Notes under the pieces: model-generated
What the model saw: the letters and a program-made list of their open reading frames with translations, nothing else
Database searches by the model: none
What the model was told of the DNA's origin: nothing
DNA from: a virus
Length of the DNA: 46,050 nucleotides
IMG/VR virus record: IMGVR_UViG_3300009537_000030
Coordinates: 1-46,050 of that record
Reading direction: 5' to 3' (one strand)
Translations under genes and position numbers: made by a program
In this document: in pieces, positions 15,460 to 21,757 of the stretch
Layout of the letters: the number at the start of each line of letters is the position of its first letter
How positions within the stretch are numbered: position 1 is the first letter of the stretch

Positions 15460-15694
15460 AATGTAAACCATCATTCCCGTTACGACCGATAATATCGATG
15501 CGTTCTTCAGTGGGCCACCTTAATTCAATAAAGTAGTCGTATAATTTATTCAAGGCTTCACGTGGAATACCGCGTTTACCGTTGATGTACATTGATACAT
15601 AAGGGTTTTTGACATCCAGCTTCTCAGCTAACATCCGTTGATTTAACCCTGCATCAAATAGTAATTGTTTGTATGTCTTCATAAGATGAACCAT
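15452..15694 (-). CDS. HTH (XRE/Cro-like) DNA-binding protein; likely start at 15682
   Basis: LNQRMLAEKLDVKNPYVSMYINGKRGIP helix-turn-helix. The ATG at 15682 is ATGA-coupled to a 34-codon ORF upstream. Confidence 0.65.
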   Translation of the reverse strand: MVHLMKTYKQLLFDAGLNQRMLAEKLDVKNPYVSMYINGKRGIPREALNKLYDYFIELRWPTEERIDIIGRNGNDGLHYE

Positions 15695-15779
15695 TTTATC
15701 GGTTTCTTGCGCTGACTATTAACAACGTCTTTATTCCATCGACGTTGTTTCATTTTTAAAATGTACGCTTTGATAGTCT

Positions 15780-15914
15780 TCATCTCGGTGGTAACTCAAC
15801 ACGTAAATACCACACACCTTCACGTCGAACTGCTGAACGCATGTAAAGACAACCCTGGTTCTTAGCTAACGCAACAACACCTTTCAGTGATTTACCTATA
15901 AGTTCTACTAACAT
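15780..15914 (-). CDS. Small hypothetical protein (44 aa; not in the ORF track)
   Basis: Translated by hand: MLVELIGKSLKGVVALAKNQGCLYMRSAVRREGVWYLRVELPPR. Strong AAGGAG 8 nt upstream. Confidence 0.45.
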   Translation of the reverse strand: MLVELIGKSLKGVVALAKNQGCLYMRSAVRREGVWYLRVELPPR

Positions 15915-15932
15915 GATCTTCTCCTTTCACTA

Positions 15933-15961
15933 TATTTACCTGCTAAGTAACCTACTGTCAA
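15933..15961 (-). promoter_or_regulatory. Candidate sigma70-like promoter for the small-ORF/HTH operon
   Basis: Minus strand: TTGACA (15961..15956), 17 nt, TAAATA (15938..15933). The leader to the RBS would be very short. Confidence 0.3.
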
Positions 15962-16020
15962 ACAGAGCACCACTGTTGCAGGGTAATTCCAGTTCCAATA
16001 CCATTGTAGGAGCCATTCAA

Positions 16021-16266
16021 TCATTCTACTTCTCGAATGGTATAACCAGCATCAAGTGCTGCTTGTGTGGCAATTTCTAATTTCTCACGTTTATCTTTAG
16101 CCATGTGACAGTTGTTAACTGTTAACTTCTCTAATACAAGTAGTCGCATATTATTAGAGATTGAACCCGTTCGCTTCAACGGGAAAAAGTTGAGCACCTT
16201 CAGGTTGTCACGCTTAATGCGATTCAGGTACATAATGGCTATCTGCTGCAGTGTGGCTTTACTCAT
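16021..16266 (-). CDS. Hypothetical protein (81 aa from the internal ATG of the 115-aa track ORF)
   Basis: The ATG at 16266 (MSKATLQQIAIMY) is preceded by AAAGGAG. The upstream part of the track ORF overlaps a better membrane ORF in another frame. Confidence 0.5.
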   Translation of the reverse strand: MSKATLQQIAIMYLNRIKRDNLKVLNFFPLKRTGSISNNMRLLVLEKLTVNNCHMAKDKREKLEIATQAALDAGYTIREVE

Positions 16267-16412
16267 GACTTCATTTCTCCTTTTACAATAAAAAATACAC
16301 GATGAGCACAGAATATCACTAGTGTAACGAAACTTGAGAACCACCATGTGTAGTCCTGTGTGCCGCATGTTACAAGTGCTGAGATTAAACTGATTATTAA
16401 TAACAGCCTCAC
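16263..16412 (-). CDS. Small membrane protein with a lipobox-like N-terminus (GTG start, 49 aa; not in the ORF track)
   Basis: Translated by hand: VRLLLIISLISALVTCGTQDYTWWFSSFVTLVIFCAHRVFFIVKGEMKS. GTGA and ATGA overlaps with both neighbours. Confidence 0.35.
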   Translation of the reverse strand: MRLLLIISLISALVTCGTQDYTWWFSSFVTLVIFCAHRVFFIVKGEMKS

Positions 16413-16750
16413 GACTTCACCTCTTTAATAAACTCATCAACTTGTGCTTCGAGTGCTTGATCACAGTCAGCAATGAACAGGTCTTCAGAGCACGCTTCAA
16501 GTAACTCGATTGCGCGGTTGAACTGTTGCTGTTCAGGTGATGTGAACTCTTTCATGATAATAGGTTTATCAATGGCGTTCTGCTGCATTGTTGATATTAA
16601 TTGACATTGTTGCTCAAACTCAGCCCACAACTCATATAGTTTCTTATCTATCGGCGCGTCAAGTAAATTTTTATGTGAAAGCCACCTACCGTATGGTGAT
16701 AATGCTGGTTTGTTATGGTCATTCATTGACTCTTTTATATTGTTACTCAT
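16409..16750 (-). CDS. Hypothetical acidic protein
   Basis: 113-aa ORF in the chain. Confidence 0.55.
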   Translation of the reverse strand: MSNNIKESMNDHNKPALSPYGRWLSHKNLLDAPIDKKLYELWAEFEQQCQLISTMQQNAIDKPIIMKEFTSPEQQQFNRAIELLEACSEDLFIADCDQALEAQVDEFIKEVKS

Positions 16751-17070
16751 GGTGCACCACCTATTAATAAATCAGTCAATAATTTATCTGCAAGCCAGTA
16801 GCATTCACAGCACTCATAAACAGGGTTACCTTGAATTGCAGGGACCTCATGTGCTGTTGTTGCCTCGCAACCTTCACAGAAGAAGCTAACCGGCTCGGTT
16901 TTACCTGAGTAATAATGCTCATTAGCAAACAGATTGATGAGCCACAGGTCACCAGGTGGGTTGTCGTCGTGACATGATTGCCACATTTGAGTGTGTTCTT
17001 GGTTCATTGGTTGCTTTAGAGATTTCCACTCTTTTGCAGGTATAGTGTGAACGGGATAATTAATACTCAT
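16747..17070 (-). CDS. Hypothetical Cys-rich protein
   Basis: 107-aa ORF with FFCEGCE....YECCECYW (possible zinc ribbon). Confidence 0.55.
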   Translation of the reverse strand: MSINYPVHTIPAKEWKSLKQPMNQEHTQMWQSCHDDNPPGDLWLINLFANEHYYSGKTEPVSFFCEGCEATTAHEVPAIQGNPVYECCECYWLADKLLTDLLIGGAP

Positions 17071-17186
17071 GCTGATGTCCCCAGGCAGCGAACGATACGG
17101 GTACCTTGTTGATGAGCATATTCAAGTGCATGACCAAGTGATTTGAACCACCGTGGTGTGATGGTGTTTTCTAATTCATAGTACAT
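17067..17186 (-). CDS. Small hypothetical protein (39 aa; not in the ORF track)
   Basis: Translated by hand: MYYELENTITPRWFKSLGHALEYAHQQGTRIVRCLGTSA. GAGGTG upstream; ATGA overlap downstream. Confidence 0.35.
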   Translation of the reverse strand: MYYELENTITPRWFKSLGHALEYAHQQGTRIVRCLGTSA

Positions 17187-17245
17187 AAGTGTCACCTCAG
17201 TTATTAATAGTATGTGTAGACTGTAGCACAGTGTTCTACAGTTGT

Positions 17246-17665
17246 CTAGCTTATCTCTGCAATTTTACGTGCTGCAATAGCATCATCTAAGTAAAAAAAT
17301 GCGCCGAGGTACTTCTTTTCACCATTTCTAGTGATAGTAGCAACCCATTTTTGTTCACGTTTACGCCAACCCACACCAGTGCAACCTGATACATTACGTC
17401 TGTTCATACCACGTGGCACGCTGAACGGTTCGTCTATCGTTAAGTTATTCCACGATAAATCATCAAGGCGACCGGTTCTTGTGAATACAGGTGTGAATAC
17501 GAAATCACCTGTCATGTACAACCAGATTAAAGTTTTCACGGGGTATATTGTGTTATCGACACACATATTTTCGTCTTTAATAACAGTATCATTTTCTATA
17601 TGAATTACTTCACCGGTGTGTCTGAAATAAACTATTACTTGTTTAATTCTACTTTGAGTTAGCAT
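17246..17665 (-). CDS. HNH-AP2-derived protein with a decayed HNH motif and an intact AP2 domain
   Basis: AP2 domain: SGCTGVGWRKREQKWVATITRNGEKKYLGAF. The position of DHxDG..NN..NL reads FTRTGRLDDLSWNNL, with no His. AGGAGG RBS. Confidence 0.65.
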   Translation of the reverse strand: MLTQSRIKQVIVYFRHTGEVIHIENDTVIKDENMCVDNTIYPVKTLIWLYMTGDFVFTPVFTRTGRLDDLSWNNLTIDEPFSVPRGMNRRNVSGCTGVGWRKREQKWVATITRNGEKKYLGAFFYLDDAIAARKIAEIS

Positions 17666-17693
17666 TATTATGTCCTCCTGTGGGTGTTTTAAG

Positions 17694-17702
17694 AGTATAA
17701 CA
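17694..17702 (-). promoter_or_regulatory. Candidate extended -10 promoter for the leftward early arm
   Basis: Minus strand: TGTTATACT (17702..17694), about 20 nt upstream of the AGGAGG RBS of 17665. A TTGACT 21 nt further up is too far to serve as a -35. Confidence 0.3.
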
Positions 17703-17870
17703 CAGTGGCAGTAATATGGAAGTCAACCCTGCGTAAAGGTTAGCGTTACGTTTGACGCACTCTAAAAGTAGGGTCAATATTGTTACTTTTTAACCGTGAC
17801 GCAGAGCGTGTTGATGCTGTGAAGCACAGTTGCAGGTTAAGTTACTGATATGTAAGGTAAAACGTCTACA

Positions 17871-18074
17871 GAGTGAACGCCAACCGCCGCCAACCTGCAG
17901 TCAACCTGTGTAGAAGGTTGGCGTTCGGAAACTGTTACTGGGTATAGCTTTTTTACCTATAACGCCAACCTACTAACCTAAAACGAATATTGGTAGAGGA
18001 TGAAAATGAACATGTCTTCACTTTAAACTTTGGACTTGGAAATATGGTTGGAGGTTGGCGGTTGGCGTTCACTC
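17871..18074. repeat. Iteron array: GGTTGGCGTT-type repeats arranged as two inverted clusters plus two internal copies
   Basis: GAGTGAACGCCAACC (17871-17885) is the exact reverse complement of GGTTGGCGTTCACTC (18060-18074). Further copies: CCAACC at 17890-95 and CAACC at 17902-06; GGTTGGCGTTC at 17916-26; AACGCCAACC at 17961-70; a GGTTGGN x3 tandem at 18046-18066; variant GGTTAGCGTT at 17738-47. Confidence 0.85.
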
Positions 18075-18221
18075 TCACAGCGTTTATGGTGAATGAACTA
18101 CTTTATATTGTAGGGTTATTCAGTGTTACATTGTGGCACGTAAGTGGGTGTTTCCCCTGCTAAAACAATACTTACGTGAGCACAGCGTTCAAAATTTTAC
18201 TGTTTCAATGGTAATTTGCTA

Positions 18222-18230
18222 TGCTATAGT
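18222..18230 (+). promoter_or_regulatory. Candidate extended -10 promoter for the late arm
   Basis: TGCTATAGT (TGnTATAGT) at 18222-18230. The -35 is weak (GTTTCA). Confidence 0.3.
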
Positions 18231-18294
18231 TAATTAGACCTGCAGTGGATTGAATCTTAAACACCACATTACGGTGTGCTGTAGGTCTAATTAA
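18230..18294 (+). other. 16-bp-arm palindrome / stem-loop between the candidate late promoter and the first late RBS
   Basis: TTAATTAGACCTGCAG (18230-45) pairs with CTGTAGGTCTAATTAA (18279-94) with one G-U. Inner hairpin ACACC/GGTGT. Confidence 0.7.
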
Positions 18295-18316
18295 TTTAAC
18301 TTAGGAGTAAATTGAA

Positions 18317-18559
18317 ATGCATTATAGAAATGGACGTGAAGCAAATAACGGTGACAAGATTGTTGATGTCTCGAATGGGATCGGTGTAGTCGGTGTTTTA
18401 TTTGATGCTGTACCAGGTAATGATTATTGTAATGGTTCTATTGCACCGATTCACGGCGGTAATGTGACAATGGCTTGCTTATGTGATTGTTTGCATGTCG
18501 ATGATATGAACACATTATTAGCTGATGCAGGTTTGAATAAGCGACCTGAAGGTAAGTAA
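18317..18559 (+). CDS. Hypothetical protein (first late gene)
   Basis: 80-aa ORF; AGGAG 8-9 nt upstream. Confidence 0.6.
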   Translation: MHYRNGREANNGDKIVDVSNGIGVVGVLFDAVPGNDYCNGSIAPIHGGNVTMACLCDCLHVDDMNTLLADAGLNKRPEGK

Positions 18560-18565
18560 TTAACC

Positions 18566-19012
18566 ATGCCACAAAGAATAACAATTGAGGACCTAACAGG
18601 TCTGAAGCCTAAAGAAGCAACCTTCGTCATCGAGGTTTCAAAAGATCATGATGCACGACGTGCTGCGCGTGCTGCAGGTTATGAACCGGACACGGGTTAT
18701 TCCTTGCTGAAGAAAGATCACATTGCATCAGCGTTGAATGTTATTTTGCAGCATCGACTTGAAGCAAGTCACATTGATGCAGAGTGGGTGTTGATGGAAG
18801 CAGTTGATAATCATCTGATTGCCAGGCAACAGGGGAACATATCAGCAAGCAACACATCACTGGGTATTGTTGCCAAGCACAAGATGGTTGACGCTTATGC
18901 TGCTGAGAAGATTGAAGTGAACTCAGATAAAGAAATAATGGCACGCTTGCAGAGAGGTCGTCAGAGGCTACATGAGGGTGATAAACCTGATGATGATGTT
19001 TCCTTCTTCTAA
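18566..19012 (+). CDS. terS: Terminase small subunit
   Basis: LKPKEATFVIEVSKDHDARRAARAAGYEPDTGYSLLKK matches the Terminase_2 pattern. It lies directly upstream of terL. Confidence 0.8.
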   Translation: MPQRITIEDLTGLKPKEATFVIEVSKDHDARRAARAAGYEPDTGYSLLKKDHIASALNVILQHRLEASHIDAEWVLMEAVDNHLIARQQGNISASNTSLGIVAKHKMVDAYAAEKIEVNSDKEIMARLQRGRQRLHEGDKPDDDVSFF

Positions 19013-19126
19013 TAAGCTGTGATACGCTGTCACCCTGTCTCATGGGGTGTCAGTTGCTTTATGTCCGTCACCACATACTGTGCGAGTACACTTCATGAGA
19101 CTCCTTATTAATTCACAGGTGATAAT

Positions 19127-20680
19127 GTGGCAACAATAAAATCTGCAATGACATCCAGTGGTGAATATGCCGTTGGTCAAATCGATTTACTCTTAGCTGA
19201 TGAATGCTCAAAGTATTACGCTGATCCGTATGGTTGGGTCCTGTGGGCCTTTGATTGGGGTTACGGTGAGCTTGAAGGTTTTGAAGGTCCTGATGCCTGG
19301 CAACGTGAAACACTCATTGATATCGGTAAGCAAGTATTAGAGCGTGGATTCAACGGTGTTAACCCGGTCGACCCTATACGTGAAGCAACTGCATCAGGTC
19401 ATGGTATCGGCAAGTCTGCACTGACTGCATGGCTGATACTGTGGATAATGTCCACCAGGCCATACGCAAAAGGTATCGTCACAGCAAATACATCTGATCA
19501 GTTACGCACGAAAACATGGGGTGAGCTTGGTAAGTGGCGGTCACGCTGTGTTGTTGGTCACTGGTTCGAGTACAATAACGGTCGTGCATCCATGTCGCTG
19601 TATCATCACAGCTGGCCTGAATCATGGCGTGTTGATGCTCAAACATGTCGTGAAGAGAACTCAGAAGCATTCGCCGGGTTACATTCAGCAAACTCAACAC
19701 CATTTTATTTGTTCGATGAAGCATCAGCTGTGCCTGACAAGATATGGGAAGTTGCTGAAGGTGGGCTGACTGATGGTGAGCCGATGTTCTTTGTGTTCGG
19801 CAATCCAACACGTAACACCGGTAAGTTCAGAGAATGCTTCAATCGAAGTAAACACAGATGGTCAACACGTCAGATTGACAGTCGCACTGCTAAGATGACC
19901 AACAAAAAATTGATTAACCAGTGGAAAGATGACTGGGGTGAAGATTCGGATTTCTTTAGAGTACGTGTGCTCGGTCGATTCCCACGTGCAGGTGATACTC
20001 AGTTCATACCGTCAGATGTTGTTTATGACGCACAGAAGCGGGGTATCGGTCGATATCTCGGTGATGATCCATTGATATGCGGTATCGATGTTGCACGTGG
20101 TGGTGATGATAACTGCATGATTTCATTCAGACGCGGTAAGGATGCTAAATCTGAGAAGACGTACAGAATACCTGGTGAGAAGTCACGCAACTCCATGGAA
20201 GTCATCAGCAAAATAGCTATGTTGCTTGATAGACACAAGCCTGACATGTCATTCCTTGATGAAACAGGGATGGGTGGTCCCATGCTGGATAGACTCAATC
20301 AGCTGGGTTACACCGTCGTGGGTGTCAATTTCGGTGGTAAAGCTGATGATGAGAAGCATTATGCAAATAAAACAGCTGAAATGGGTGCACGCTGTCGTCA
20401 ATGGCTCATGGATGGGGGTGCGATACCTGATGATCCTCAACTTGAAGAAGAACTCACATCACGTGATTACTGGCATGATGACAAGGATAAGCTGGTGCTT
20501 GAGAAGAAGAAAGACATGAAGAAGCGTATCCATTGCTCACCTGACTGGGCTGACTCACTGTATCTGACCTTTGCATATATGGTGCCAAAATTAGAATATC
20601 AACGTGGAATGATGGATGCTGCAGTGCCGATACGTAACCAGAGCAATGTTGATTATGACCCACTTGATTGCATGGACTAG
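19127..20680 (+). CDS. terL: Terminase large subunit (GTG start)
   Basis: Walker A ASGHGIGKSAL, Walker B YLFDEASAV, and a C-terminal nuclease region with GIDVARGGDD. AGGTGA upstream of the GTG. Confidence 0.9.
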   Translation: MATIKSAMTSSGEYAVGQIDLLLADECSKYYADPYGWVLWAFDWGYGELEGFEGPDAWQRETLIDIGKQVLERGFNGVNPVDPIREATASGHGIGKSALTAWLILWIMSTRPYAKGIVTANTSDQLRTKTWGELGKWRSRCVVGHWFEYNNGRASMSLYHHSWPESWRVDAQTCREENSEAFAGLHSANSTPFYLFDEASAVPDKIWEVAEGGLTDGEPMFFVFGNPTRNTGKFRECFNRSKHRWSTRQIDSRTAKMTNKKLINQWKDDWGEDSDFFRVRVLGRFPRAGDTQFIPSDVVYDAQKRGIGRYLGDDPLICGIDVARGGDDNCMISFRRGKDAKSEKTYRIPGEKSRNSMEVISKIAMLLDRHKPDMSFLDETGMGGPMLDRLNQLGYTVVGVNFGGKADDEKHYANKTAEMGARCRQWLMDGGAIPDDPQLEEELTSRDYWHDDKDKLVLEKKKDMKKRIHCSPDWADSLYLTFAYMVPKLEYQRGMMDAAVPIRNQSNVDYDPLDCMD

Positions 20681-20737
20681 AATATGTGATAGTATTAAAG
20701 TAATTAATTATATTACTGTAAGCATGAGGATAATATT

Positions 20738-20962
20738 ATGTGTGTAGGTCGCTCACCACAAGCAACACCACCACCGGAAAAAACACCTGAAGCGGCGCGT
20801 GCCCCTGTTGCACCGTCAATTGCAACAAGTCGAACGAGTGCAACAGATGACGCAGCACGTCGTCGTCGAGCAGGTGGTACCGGGACAGGTACAATTCTCA
20901 CCGGTGCACGTGGTATACAAGACGGTGCTGCACCTGTCGCAAAAACATTGTTAGGTCAATAA
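20738..20962 (+). CDS. Small Pro/Ala/Arg-rich protein ending TILTGARG...KTLLGQ
   Basis: 74-aa ORF; GAGGA RBS. Conspicuously GC-rich compared with its surroundings. Confidence 0.5.
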   Translation: MCVGRSPQATPPPEKTPEAARAPVAPSIATSRTSATDDAARRRRAGGTGTGTILTGARGIQDGAAPVAKTLLGQ

Positions 20963-20965
20963 TAC

Positions 20966-21757
20966 ATGCCTACAGTGTCAGTCAGCTTAGATAAAACGCA
21001 GTATGTTCAAGTGAACACTGCGTTGAACCCTATTACGTTACAGGCTAAACGTGATCAGGTACGCATTGCACTGAGTGCATTGAAACCTGCTGATGACACT
21101 GATAAATTCCATATTCTCGCCGGTAAAGATGCACCACTGCAATTCAACTCACTTGACACAAATGTATGGGTGCTGGCTATGTCAGAAGAGTCATCACTGA
21201 TTGTGAGTGAGACTGCACCTGTACTTACAGAAATTGTAGATACTAACGGTGACAGTGTTATCGAGCCGTATTCAGGCGCAGTCATAACAATAGAATCAGA
21301 ACACGCAAGGATTCACCAGGGTAAAGGTTTTCAATTATCAAACAAGATAACGGGCTTATTATCCACTGAATCACATTATTTTTTAATAGATCCATCTACT
21401 CCTATACATTGGAGAGACTACAAATTTCTTACTGATGGTGCGCCGGTAGATATCGAGCTTTTTGAAAACCCAACAATTACAGCCAACGGAACAGCATTAA
21501 CCCCATTAAATAGAAATAGACTTTCGGCCACAGTATCAACATCAGCTGTTTATGCAAACCCTACCGTAACAAGTGACGGGGACAGACTATATATTGACGG
21601 GATTGTGGGTAGCGGTGATAAGAAGTCAACAGGAAGTACAGAAGGAATAGCAGGAGAGTGGATTATCGACGGTGGAAACACTTATCTATTAAAGCTAACA
21701 AATAATGATACTGTAACAATTAATTATATTTATCAGTTCTTCTGGTATGAATTATGA
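20966..21757 (+). CDS. Hypothetical beta-rich protein
   Basis: 263-aa ORF between terL and the portal gene; no motif I can name. Confidence 0.6.
   Translation: MPTVSVSLDKTQYVQVNTALNPITLQAKRDQVRIALSALKPADDTDKFHILAGKDAPLQFNSLDTNVWVLAMSEESSLIVSETAPVLTEIVDTNGDSVIEPYSGAVITIESEHARIHQGKGFQLSNKITGLLSTESHYFLIDPSTPIHWRDYKFLTDGAPVDIELFENPTITANGTALTPLNRNRLSATVSTSAVYANPTVTSDGDRLYIDGIVGSGDKKSTGSTEGIAGEWIIDGGNTYLLKLTNNDTVTINYIYQFFWYEL

Noticed and set aside
17871-18074. GGTTGG-type repeats as a CRISPR array.
   Set aside because: The units are 7-15 bp, irregularly spaced and in both orientations. There are no 25-40-bp direct repeats with unique spacers and no cas genes.
17666-18316. tRNA or other canonical RNA gene in the large non-coding region.
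   Set aside because: I found no cloverleaf-compatible arms or a GGTTCGAATCC-type T-loop by eye. A tRNAscan/Infernal run would be needed to be certain.
20713-20901. 62-aa minus-strand ORF in the GC-rich segment.
   Set aside because: It stays open only because the GC-rich sequence lacks stop codons. The plus-strand ORF has the RBS and fits the operon direction.
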